UHGV virus genome: UHGV-1456322
From: a virus
Length of the DNA: 43,927 nt
Direction: 5' to 3' (one strand)
A program made the translations under genes and the position numbers. Position 1 is the stretch's first letter, and each line of letters opens with the position of its first letter. A model generated the notes under the pieces. It was not told the origin of the DNA. It saw only the letters and a list, made by a program, of their open reading frames with translations, and searched no databases. Positions 18,133-26,074 of the stretch are shown piece after piece.

Positions 18133-18913
18133 TTATAGCCTCCAGAATCTCTTTGATTTCTGCATCCTTCGGGTCCGCAGCGAAGTAATGCTCACGACAC
18201 TGCATGAACGGACGCAGTGCGCGGCGCGCCGCCGCTACTCCAGCGTGCCCTGCTGGGTCATTGTCCAGCATCAGAATCACTTCCGGGCGATTCTGTATCA
18301 GCCAAGCCCTCAGCGGCGTGGGCAAGCGTGTACCCAGCATAGCTATAGCCTGCACGTTCAACGCACTGTAGCTCGTAACTGCGTGCTGTATCTTCCGGGC
18401 TGAGAGTAAGTCCTCGGTGAGCACGACCTTTAGAGGTGCGGCCGCAGCTACAGCTGGTGCTACGGCAGGTGCCGCGACAGCGAAAGCTATTGGCTGGCCG
18501 TACATTACCCACTTCGGTTGCTGCCGAGCATGCACTGCACGGCCTAGGGCAGCGCTTCCGACACGGAAGATTATCCGCTGTTTCTCTTTGCTCCATTCTG
18601 CATCCTCCACCATTTCAGGCATGATTCCCTTTGTGGTCAGGAATCCGTAAATAAAACTCTGCGTTTCCGCAGGCGCTTGGCTAATGCAAATTGCATCTGC
18701 AGGTGCAGAGGGCTGCACCCTCGGCTCTTCCTGTAACCGTATGCGCTGGTACTGCTTGTGCTCCTTGCCCACCTGTTTGCAGCGGTGGCAATAGTATTCC
18801 CAGGCATCCGGGTTATTGTAGAGCACCCCGGCGGCGTCCCTGCCGCAGCACCGAAAGCGTGCCCTCTGCCCCACGGCCAGGCGCTTGCACGCTCTAAGCC
18901 AGGGCTGGTCCAT
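18113..18913 (-). CDS. DNA primase (zinc finger plus TOPRIM)
   Basis: 266 aa; N-terminal Cys4 (CCGRD...CHRC) and TOPRIM-like LTEDLLSA / MLDNDPAG. Confidence 0.8.
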   Translation of the reverse strand: MDQPWLRACKRLAVGQRARFRCCGRDAAGVLYNNPDAWEYYCHRCKQVGKEHKQYQRIRLQEEPRVQPSAPADAICISQAPAETQSFIYGFLTTKGIMPEMVEDAEWSKEKQRIIFRVGSAALGRAVHARQQPKWVMYGQPIAFAVAAPAVAPAVAAAAPLKVVLTEDLLSARKIQHAVTSYSALNVQAIAMLGTRLPTPLRAWLIQNRPEVILMLDNDPAGHAGVAAARRALRPFMQCREHYFAADPKDAEIKEILEAIIGPNSC

Positions 18914-19082
18914 CGGTAGCGTTACCCTCTGTGAGTAAAATTCGCTCCACTTTAACCACCGTAGTTAAATTGGTTAAATCATCTTTTATAGTGGCGCGAC
19001 CATCCTTTACGTTAATTAAGGTATAGGTTCTGTCCGTGAACAGAAAGTTCTCTGGGCTATTTTCTAGAGCTTTTACTTTCAT
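18894..19082 (-). CDS. hypothetical protein (62 aa)
   Basis: Minus ORF overlapping primase start by 20 nt. Confidence 0.35.
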   Translation of the reverse strand: MKVKALENSPENFLFTDRTYTLINVKDGRATIKDDLTNLTTVVKVERILLTEGNATDGPALA

Positions 19083-19540
19083 TATGCTTTCTCCTTACGT
19101 TTGATATCCATAGCCATGCGGCGCAGGTCGTGCGCCAACTGCAGGGCTGAATCAGGGTCGATGTTAATCCCAATCTCCATCTGTGCTCGAGTACTTCCCT
19201 TGCGAGGGATTACTCCGATGTACATTAATCCTTCCCCTTCACCGTTGTCCTTATCAAGGACTAGGCGCTGGTCATTTCCAGAATCGCGCTTGGAGTTCAC
19301 GTAGGTTACACTGGCTGGAACCGGCGGCAGCTCCTCGTCCTCGGGCTCTTGGTACAGTTCGAAGTTTGGCGCGTACCACGGACGGGGGTCCTCCTTATCT
19401 CGCACCCCATCCAACTGTAACCAGTAACCACCTGCGCCAACATCCGTTACAATGTAATAATTCTTAACGCCTTGAATGAGCCAGAACGTTTTGCTCTCAA
19501 CTGTACGCACAACTTTATCACCAACTTTAAAATTAGGCAT
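19082..19540 (-). CDS. hypothetical protein (152 aa)
   Basis: GGAGGG RBS; stop of upstream gene adjacent. Confidence 0.5.
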   Translation of the reverse strand: MPNFKVGDKVVRTVESKTFWLIQGVKNYYIVTDVGAGGYWLQLDGVRDKEDPRPWYAPNFELYQEPEDEELPPVPASVTYVNSKRDSGNDQRLVLDKDNGEGEGLMYIGVIPRKGSTRAQMEIGINIDPDSALQLAHDLRRMAMDIKRKEKA

Positions 19541-19542
19541 AA

Positions 19543-20589
19543 TTAACCCTCCACAATATTATCGTATCCACCCCAGTCTTCTACGACTCGGGTGCCTAAT
19601 TCAATCAGTTCTTCTTTAAAGCCGTAATCGGAGAACACCATTATGTACTCCGCCGCCTTCTCTGGATTCTCCTGCACCCAGCTAACCAGTTGTTGTTTAG
19701 AAAGCTGCGACACTACACGGAACGCTGCCAGCAATTGCGGGTCCTCGTCTGGCGGCATATCCCATGGCTGCCGTAAACTGAGCGTCGATGCTGAGAGCCA
19801 TTGGTCCGGCTCTACTACCTTCGGGTCCCGCTCAATCGGAAGGTGCGAGAACGTACCATCTTGCAGTACCCGCTCAAGCACTTTCCCCAGGATGTTCAGG
19901 TCCAGCACCTCATCCGGAGTGTGCTCGTGCATGTACCCTACACCGACGTTGGTGCACTCAGGGATGATGCCGACGAACTCGGCTGAGTCAGTATACACAC
20001 CCTTTTGTAAGTGCTGCTCCGTGCGTCCTAGGCGCTCTGCCAGAGTCTTGGCAAAGGTATCAGAGCAGCAGCGCATGTACCGCTGGTGCGTAATGATACC
20101 ATCTCCGCGGCGGTCAAAGCTAATCATCGCCTTGACACCAGTCCAAAATCCAGTGTCATCCTTGACCGATGCAGCGCTGCCTTCGCAGCCAACCTCCTCA
20201 TCCACGAAGAAGCAGTAGCGTCCGTGCACACCCCGCCGCAGCATCTCCAGCATCAGGTAGACACCGGCACCGCAGTCCGCCCCCAAGCAGTCAGCTTGTT
20301 GCGGATTCTTTACGAACAGCACGCCCTTGTTAGTGCAACCGACGTCCGGTGCAGCGCTGGTTGGGCGGGCCACCGTATCGAGATGAGACGTAAACGCTAC
20401 ATCACTTTGCTCTGAGTCCCCCACCAGCACGAAGTAGTTCCCGTGCTTATCCTTTACGTAGTGCATACCACTACCCAGCGCCTGCATAAGCAGCGGATCG
20501 AACCACTTAGTGCTTGCCCAGCTAGGCCGGTGCGTTCGCAGTATCTGCAAGAGCAGCTGCATATCAATCCCATGCGGATTCAAGAACAT
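19543..20589 (-). CDS. zinc metallopeptidase-like protein (clan MH, M20/M28-like)
   Basis: 348 aa; ordered motifs FTSHLDTV (H-x-D), GADCGAG (Asp), FFVDEEVG (E-E-x-G), YMHEHT (His) consistent with co-catalytic zinc exopeptidase fold; from memory, unverified. Confidence 0.55.
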   Translation of the reverse strand: MFLNPHGIDMQLLLQILRTHRPSWASTKWFDPLLMQALGSGMHYVKDKHGNYFVLVGDSEQSDVAFTSHLDTVARPTSAAPDVGCTNKGVLFVKNPQQADCLGADCGAGVYLMLEMLRRGVHGRYCFFVDEEVGCEGSAASVKDDTGFWTGVKAMISFDRRGDGIITHQRYMRCCSDTFAKTLAERLGRTEQHLQKGVYTDSAEFVGIIPECTNVGVGYMHEHTPDEVLDLNILGKVLERVLQDGTFSHLPIERDPKVVEPDQWLSASTLSLRQPWDMPPDEDPQLLAAFRVVSQLSKQQLVSWVQENPEKAAEYIMVFSDYGFKEELIELGTRVVEDWGGYDNIVEG

Positions 20590-22265
20590 TAAGCTGCCTC
20601 CTCTGCTTCTTCTTCATCTTCATCGTTTCCCAGGTACTTCTCTCCCAAGCAATCAGCTGCATGCTCAGTGAGAATTAACCCGTGCACTGGGTGTTCTTCT
20701 GCGTGTTCAATAAGCACTTGCCGGTCCTGTGCAAACACCAGTTCCTCTTGGTCGTGCACTACACCCTCTACTTCGCAGCGCTCTATGTCCTCGTCGTATA
20801 CATAGGCGTCGTGGTAATCAGACCAGGTGCAGCTCCAGCGATTATGCAGACCATCACGCCCAACTACGTACACAAAATCCCCTTCTTCTACGCAGCCGTC
20901 GCAGACCATATCACCATCTGCGGTCTCCTGCATGTCATCTACAGAGTAGCGACATTCACAGCAGCAGCACCCAGCAGACTCAGTGCCTACGTAGATGTAT
21001 CCTTCTGAGTCTTGTGCCTCGTACTCATAAGCATCACGGATTACAAAGGCATCATCCCCATACTCATCTACGCCGCACTGGCTGCTATCTAGGTATGGCA
21101 TCAGCACTGCGCCGTTGTATGTTGGGTGCGGTATTCGCGCCAGCATTACCCCTTCGAGACACTCAATGTTTTTGGTGTACCCATGCCCCCGCAGGATTGC
21201 ATCCGCAGCGTCGCCGTAAGCGCGGACGTACTCGTTAGTTTCTGTGTTAACGATTGCCCGTGCCTGCACTTCGAAGTCATCCCCGAACAGTTCCCCGGTG
21301 TACTGGATGAACAGGCGCAGCCCGTTGTCCGGCAGCCCGTGGCTGGTAGTAGCATACACCCGCACCGGGCTATGCTCAAATGAGTATCCACTCATGCAGC
21401 TACCCGGGCCATTCTCGTAGGAGTCGTACCATTCCTGCTCGGTCTTGCACAGGTACGTTGTAGGCTCTACGTTCATAGCCTTGAGGTCTTCGATAGCATC
21501 GCGGAAGTCTACGCCATTGCCGTAGTAGTTAGCGAGCCACTTACCTACGCGCATCTCCACACAACGGTACTCGGTAACTGCGGCGAAGTCCTTGTGCATC
21601 CGCGGCTGCCCCAGCATCACGATAGGCTCACCGTTGCGGAAACCAAAGCCCAATGGCACGGCGAATCTAGATACTATGAATCCGTGCAACTTCATGAGCA
21701 GCGCAGCTAAGTTGCCATCGCGGGCGTGGCGGCCGTAATCGTAGCCAGTGCATAAGCGGCGCTGCTGCTCTTCTGGTGCAAGCATGATGCGCTCAAATAA
21801 CTGCACGGCCTGCTTGTGCACCTTGTAACCTGTGAATTCTTCGACGCAAGCAACTACGCGCTCAACCACTACATCCTCGCCCTCATAGAAGTCGCGGCGG
21901 CGTTCCCAGAACTTGCTGTCTATGGTGATTCGCACCGGTTCAAAGAGTTCGCAGAAAGTTCCGGACCGGTACAGGTCCACCTTTTGCAACGGGCCGAGCG
22001 TCATCGTTGATTCGCGATACTCTGGGTGCAGTGCCCCGCCTATAGTCACCTCTAAGCCTGGAGTGTGCGCACTGACAGTGCGGAGACCCATAAGCACCTG
22101 CAGCGGACCCTCAGTGTGGGGATGGTCCTCCCCTTGCATTTGCAAGTCCTGGAACGGGGTCCAGTAATCACCGCTGGAATACATTGATTCTTTAATCGGC
22201 AGTGCGTTTGCACCTTCCGGTAATACGATTTTCCATTCGATAGGTGCTGTGTTAGTCTCTTGCAT
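20589..22265 (-). CDS. large uncharacterised early protein (~558 aa) with C-terminal Cys cluster and acidic tail
   Basis: Track ORF 20589..22646 trimmed to ATG at 22263-22265 (AGGGG RBS) because the 5-prime extension overlaps the 114-aa gene; contains GCCCCECR ... CDGC and terminal DEDEEEAEEAA. Confidence 0.5.
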   Translation of the reverse strand: MQETNTAPIEWKIVLPEGANALPIKESMYSSGDYWTPFQDLQMQGEDHPHTEGPLQVLMGLRTVSAHTPGLEVTIGGALHPEYRESTMTLGPLQKVDLYRSGTFCELFEPVRITIDSKFWERRRDFYEGEDVVVERVVACVEEFTGYKVHKQAVQLFERIMLAPEEQQRRLCTGYDYGRHARDGNLAALLMKLHGFIVSRFAVPLGFGFRNGEPIVMLGQPRMHKDFAAVTEYRCVEMRVGKWLANYYGNGVDFRDAIEDLKAMNVEPTTYLCKTEQEWYDSYENGPGSCMSGYSFEHSPVRVYATTSHGLPDNGLRLFIQYTGELFGDDFEVQARAIVNTETNEYVRAYGDAADAILRGHGYTKNIECLEGVMLARIPHPTYNGAVLMPYLDSSQCGVDEYGDDAFVIRDAYEYEAQDSEGYIYVGTESAGCCCCECRYSVDDMQETADGDMVCDGCVEEGDFVYVVGRDGLHNRWSCTWSDYHDAYVYDEDIERCEVEGVVHDQEELVFAQDRQVLIEHAEEHPVHGLILTEHAADCLGEKYLGNDEDEEEAEEAA

Positions 22266-22314
22266 TTTAGTTTGCCCCTGAATAGGTTCTTTGAGTTCAT
22301 CGCCAACCACTAAG

Positions 22315-22659
22315 TCAGCGTGCGTACCATGCAGCGATCTGCGCTTGCTTATAATATGCCCGTACTGCCGCCCTAAATCTTGTATATGCTCCACGATACC
22401 CGTACCGTAGCAGTGCTGCAACCACATCGAACTGAATGTGCTCTTGCAACTGCCGCGCGGCAGATTCTGTATACTCGCGATAGGTTGTGAGCACCACCGT
22501 AGAGTCCTGCCTACGAACACGGAGGAGTCTGCGCTCGACCGGTATGATTTGCTTGAGTTCATTAGGAACCTCTTTGAATGTTCCCCAAGGGCACCCGCAC
22601 TTGCCCTGCGTTTCCAGCAGCTTCCACATGAAAACAGCAGCTTCATCTACCGTCATCAT
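22315..22659 (-). CDS. hypothetical protein (114 aa)
   Basis: Start overlaps stop of HNH-AP2 gene; N-terminus MMTVDEAA resembles that of the upstream endonuclease. Confidence 0.5.
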   Translation of the reverse strand: MMTVDEAAVFMWKLLETQGKCGCPWGTFKEVPNELKQIIPVERRLLRVRRQDSTVVLTTYREYTESAARQLQEHIQFDVVAALLRYGYRGAYTRFRAAVRAYYKQAQIAAWYAR

Positions 22660-23144
22660 GTGAGCCTCCCAGTAGGAGTGGTTGGGTGCAGCCTAGCTTT
22701 AGCCGCTAAGTATGCTTCGCGGGCTTCATTTTCTGTGGGGTACACCCCAAGATACATCTGCTTCCCGTTTGCTGCTATGCGGGCCATGTATCCTCCTCGA
22801 AATGGGTAATACCCCTTCGCCTCTCGGTTGTGGTTATTGATTAGGGCAGTGGTCGCGCGGAGGTTTTCAGGACGATTATCATCCCGCTGCCCGTTGATAT
22901 GGTCAACTACTGGTGGAAAGTACCCGTTGGTAAGGGCGAAAACCACCCTATGAGCTTTTAAGTCCCGGCCCCGAAGCATTCCGTGGTAGTAGCCCCCGTT
23001 ACTCTTGCTTGTGAACGCTTCCGCTCCAACCGGTGTGCGTGCTCTAGGTGCTTTCTTCCAACGCAAACCAGTGGTCGAGGTGGCGTCGACGTAGAGATAT
23101 TCCTGAATCAAGCACAGCAGCGCTGTTTCGTCTACTGTGAGCAT
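22656..23144 (-). CDS. HNH homing endonuclease with AP2-type DNA-binding domain
   Basis: 162 aa; VVDHINGQRDDNRPENLR (HNH_3-like) followed by YLGVYPTENEAREAY (AP2-like); AAGGA RBS. Confidence 0.8.
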   Translation of the reverse strand: MLTVDETALLCLIQEYLYVDATSTTGLRWKKAPRARTPVGAEAFTSKSNGGYYHGMLRGRDLKAHRVVFALTNGYFPPVVDHINGQRDDNRPENLRATTALINNHNREAKGYYPFRGGYMARIAANGKQMYLGVYPTENEAREAYLAAKARLHPTTPTGRLT

Positions 23145-23341
23145 ACGCTGTCCTTGAATACCACGTTGCGGGCCAGCAGGGACGACTTGGGACTGGACAC
23201 CAGATCCCCCACCTTTAGCGCAGACTTAACCCACACATTGCTATGGGGAGCAAAGAGTTCCGCCCGAGTATGGAACATGTCGTGTATCGCCACTCGGTAG
23301 AACAGCCCGTTCGGGCGCTTGTACACGTCATACTTAATCAT
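23132..23341 (-). CDS. hypothetical protein (69 aa)
   Basis: AAGGGG RBS; early region. Confidence 0.4.
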   Translation of the reverse strand: MIKYDVYKRPNGLFYRVAIHDMFHTRAELFAPHSNVWVKSALKVGDLVSSPKSSLLARNVVFKDSVCSQ

Positions 23342-23517
23342 ACTACACCCCTTACATTAAACCGTAAGCAGTAACCGCGCAGAGTCATACCCAGGCGCTT
23401 TGCTTGTTTCTCATAGTGCTGGCGCAGTGCTGCCTTCGCGTTGTACTCCCGCGCCAGCCCTTCGATTGTTGGTTGCTGCCTACGCATTAGCAGCGTCTCA
23501 GGATTCTTTCCGTGCAT
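23338..23517 (-). CDS. hypothetical protein (~59 aa)
   Basis: Track ORF begins at TTG; first ATG at 23515-23517 has GAGG RBS. Confidence 0.4.
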   Translation of the reverse strand: MHGKNPETLLMRRQQPTIEGLAREYNAKAALRQHYEKQAKRLGMTLRGYCLRFNVRGVV

Positions 23518-23525
23518 GCCCAACC

Positions 23526-23789
23526 TCAAATATCGCTGTTGCTCTTACTGTCCACCGTAAGCGTAACGGCGGCGTCCGGGTACTGCTCCTGCACCGCGGC
23601 AAGAATACGCGCGCCTAGCTCTTTGCAGCCGCCCTCGGGGTCTTCAAAGAGGTCATACTCAGGGCGCGGCTGCGGTTCCTGCGTTGCGGGTTGCTGCAAC
23701 TGCACTGTGCAGTATGGGATTGGGTTGTTTACGTCGTTGCCCAGCACCAGCATAGCGCTGGTCACAATGATGTTGAATACATTAACCAT
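23526..23789 (-). CDS. hypothetical protein (~88 aa), hydrophobic N-terminus and acidic C-terminus
   Basis: Track ORF 23526..23975 trimmed to ATG with GGAGA RBS; upstream part is low-complexity and overlaps another gene. Confidence 0.4.
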   Translation of the reverse strand: MVNVFNIIVTSAMLVLGNDVNNPIPYCTVQLQQPATQEPQPRPEYDLFEDPEGGCKELGARILAAVQEQYPDAAVTLTVDSKSNSDI

Positions 23790-24003
23790 ATAGTTGTCTC
23801 CAATCGGCGATGATGCCAAGATTAACGGCGTCCAGCACAGTGCGGGCAGCCATTTCGGTGTAGGTATCCACAAATTCGAATGGGGATTCCTGATTGGTGT
23901 CTTTGTCAGAGAATATAACCACAGTGTAGTTGTATTCGTCGTACTTGCGATTGCACCACACGGGCCAGGGTTCATGACCCGGATAAACCAGTATTGCTTT
24001 CAT
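23782..24003 (-). CDS. hypothetical protein (~73 aa), acidic
   Basis: GAGGTGG RBS before second in-frame ATG; preceded by conserved hairpin element. Confidence 0.45.
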   Translation of the reverse strand: MKAILVYPGHEPWPVWCNRKYDEYNYTVVIFSDKDTNQESPFEFVDTYTEMAARTVLDAVNLGIIADWRQLYG

Positions 24004-24027
24004 ATGCCACCTCATACGCCAGTTGCA

Positions 24028-24059
24028 TTCACATAGCGTCCCGTAGGACGCTATAGGCT
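24028..24059 (-). promoter_or_regulatory. conserved 32-bp element with 9-bp inverted repeat (copy A)
   Basis: TTCACATAGCGTCCCGTAGGACGCTATAGGCT; 28/32 identical to copy B; stem ATAGCGTCC / GGACGCTAT. Confidence 0.4.
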
Positions 24060-24192
24060 TGCCACTAGAGATACTCGCCCAATCCCTCGTACACCCATTT
24101 TTGAGCTATTGCCCGCACAGGGATATCGAAAGCGTCGGCATCGTTGGCCGCAGGGCACAAGGCCCACCACTTGATAACCGGAACTTTATAAA

Positions 24193-24777
24193 TCATGCCG
24201 CTGCCTTCAAAGTTGCGTCCAGTACAGCGCGTACGTCCACGCCTTGCGATACCAGCATAGACACGAGGTCAGCATCGCTTACGCCAGTCTCTTTAGCCTT
24301 CTTAATAGCGTTTTTAACGCGCCCCAGCGCTTGCAGGCGCACTGCATCGGCATCCAGTGCGTCATTCTTCACCTGCTCTGCTTCGGCGGCGTACAGGGCC
24401 ATACAGGAGCTATAAAACCTCGCTACGATTACTTCGCGGCCTTGCTTGTCAGCTTGTTTGTAGTCCAGACGCATAGTGTCCAGTTCGATACCCAGCTTTT
24501 CAGCCGACACATAGCACTTCTTAGCGTTGAACCCATATTTGCCGGACTCCTTGTTGAGCTTGATAGGCAACAGCGTACGCAGCACCATATCGAAGTCAGC
24601 GGCATCGCTACGCTGCATATCCGTAGCCCATGATACGTTGCTGCTAATCAGGCCGTGGAAGAGCGCGCTGATAGTGATGTTACGCTTTGCTTCCACTACG
24701 TCGCCCAGCGCTTTACGAATGCTGCCAGCAGCGGTGAGCTTGAATACTTTACCTGTTGAATTGGTGGAATTAGTCAT
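24193..24777 (-). CDS. hypothetical early protein (~194 aa)
   Basis: Track ORF 24193..24828 trimmed to ATG with AAAGGGGTG RBS; preceded by conserved hairpin element copy B. Confidence 0.5.
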   Translation of the reverse strand: MTNSTNSTGKVFKLTAAGSIRKALGDVVEAKRNITISALFHGLISSNVSWATDMQRSDAADFDMVLRTLLPIKLNKESGKYGFNAKKCYVSAEKLGIELDTMRLDYKQADKQGREVIVARFYSSCMALYAAEAEQVKNDALDADAVRLQALGRVKNAIKKAKETGVSDADLVSMLVSQGVDVRAVLDATLKAAA

Positions 24778-24815
24778 AATGCACCCCTTTGATTGGTTGT
24801 TTACTTTACGAATTA

Positions 24816-24847
24816 CTTCACATAGCACCCCATAGGATGCTATAGGC
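24816..24847 (-). promoter_or_regulatory. conserved 32-bp element with 9-bp inverted repeat (copy B)
   Basis: TTCACATAGCACCCCATAGGATGCTATAGGCT; hairpin with one G-U pair when transcribed from the minus strand. Confidence 0.4.
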
Positions 24848-24852
24848 TGTAA

Positions 24853-25050
24853 TTAGTGTCCGAACTGTGCATTCATAGTAGACCACCCCGAAGGTTGTTT
24901 ACTGCCAGCACGTTGCTTTTGCTTACCTCTCACCCTGTGCTCACAGCTCAGGCCTTGTTTACTTGGCTTCACAGTGAGTGGCACGTTGTCGGTGGGATTC
25001 AGTGATAACTGCATATTCCGCCGTAAAGCTAAACGCTTTGCTTTGCGCAT
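24853..25050 (-). CDS. hypothetical basic early protein (65 aa)
   Basis: First RBS-supported ORF (GAGAGG) downstream of the sigma70 early promoters. Confidence 0.4.
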   Translation of the reverse strand: MRKAKRLALRRNMQLSLNPTDNVPLTVKPSKQGLSCEHRVRGKQKQRAGSKQPSGWSTMNAQFGH

Positions 25051-25299
25051 AATCTTCTTACCTCTCAGAGAACATAATCTAGCGCAGCCTTGTTACTGCT
25101 ACGCTATGTTATATGCTCTTTGCGGGATACACTCCGCGCCTTGTTCCCTCGATTCAGAGGAGCGAGCTGCTCTCGCCTCGACAGTGTGGTTTGTCTCAGA
25201 ACCCCGGTGATAACGTCCGGCACGCTTACTACTATCATGTATCTAGGGTTAGTGGTCAGAGCACCTTTAGGCGCTACACTGCTCCGCAACATGGTTCAA

Positions 25300-25328
25300 A
25301 CTATAAAAGCGTTTACTGCTATTGTCAA
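25300..25328 (-). promoter_or_regulatory. sigma70-type early promoter (TTGACA - 17 bp - TATAGT)
   Basis: Minus strand: -35 TTGACA (25323-25328), 17-bp spacer, -10 TATAGT (25300-25305); AT-rich upstream region. Confidence 0.55.
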
Positions 25329-25424
25329 TACCTGTTTTTCATATGACTTATCAGGCTGTCTACTTATCCAGTTGACTCTGGAATCTAGAGCTACCCGGTA
25401 GACCGTATCGCTTTCGATGGGATA

Positions 25425-25453
25425 AATATACACCTAGCAGATTTAAAAAAGCA
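25425..25453 (-). promoter_or_regulatory. possible second sigma70 promoter (TTGCTT - 17 bp - TATATT)
   Basis: Minus strand -35 TTGCTT, 17-bp spacer, -10 TATATT; weaker match. Confidence 0.3.
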
Positions 25454-25466
25454 AGCACTTTTTATA

Positions 25467-25509
25467 AAAAAAAAAAAGGTAATACAGCATTTATAGTACT
25501 GTATTACCT
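25467..25509 (-). terminator. rho-independent terminator (10-bp stem, 11-nt loop, T12 tract)
   Basis: Minus strand GGTAATACAG-(loop)-CTGTATTACC followed by 12 T; directly downstream of the 25515-26069 gene. Confidence 0.7.
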
Positions 25510-25514
25510 CAAGT

Positions 25515-26069
25515 TTATGCCTTTAGCCACCCCAACGGCTCCGTGAATAGCAGCCTGTTACACTTATGTGTATTAAGCGTTGCGGGTATCACCTGAATGT
25601 TCCCCGCACAGTGTAAGCCGCACACCTCTTTAGCCTTTAGCGGTAGCATATGGTCAATATGCCACGCTATGCCAGTACACTCCGCCCTCTCGGCTGCTAA
25701 AGCGATAGCCTCCAACATAACAAACTCACCCCACTCGCCATACCATGAGGGTACGGATTGAGTACGCGCAGCACGGTATCGCGCATTGTGGCGAACCTTA
25801 CGCTGTAATTGCTCCTCTGTCATAATGTGCTTAGGTCGGCGTGTCTTACGGTACTCTCTCAAGGCCTCTGCCTTACGTACCTGATAAACCTTATGGTACC
25901 CCCGCATACGCTCCTTAGTAGCTGGGCTGGTACTCCTAATCTTAAAGCACTCGGAGCACTCCCCTGAACTGGTGAGGCGCTTTGCCGTGTGCTGGTACTT
26001 ACAGTGCTTCCCTGTGTAGTAGTATGTACTACCAGTGGCTTTAGCCGTAGCCCGACTAGATGGTAACAT
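25515..26069 (-). CDS. HNH / endonuclease VII-like nuclease (~184 aa)
   Basis: Track ORF 25515..26138 trimmed to ATG with AAGGAG RBS; CSEC zinc motif plus HIDHMLPL ... GLHCAGN ... N His-Me finger pattern. Confidence 0.55.
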   Translation of the reverse strand: MLPSSRATAKATGSTYYYTGKHCKYQHTAKRLTSSGECSECFKIRSTSPATKERMRGYHKVYQVRKAEALREYRKTRRPKHIMTEEQLQRKVRHNARYRAARTQSVPSWYGEWGEFVMLEAIALAAERAECTGIAWHIDHMLPLKAKEVCGLHCAGNIQVIPATLNTHKCNRLLFTEPLGWLKA

Positions 26070-26074
26070 GTATA

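Noticed and set aside
20589-22265. ATP-dependent DNA ligase assignment for the large early protein
   Set aside because: No KxDG adenylation motif or other ligase motifs found on inspection.
22266-22646. N-terminal 127 codons of track ORF 20589..22646
   Set aside because: This extension overlaps the 114-aa gene in another frame and lacks an RBS; the ATG at 22265 has one.
23790-23975. N-terminal 62 codons of track ORF 23526..23975
   Set aside because: Low-complexity Pro/Trp/Thr-rich, overlaps the more protein-like 73-aa gene; internal ATG with GGAGA RBS preferred.
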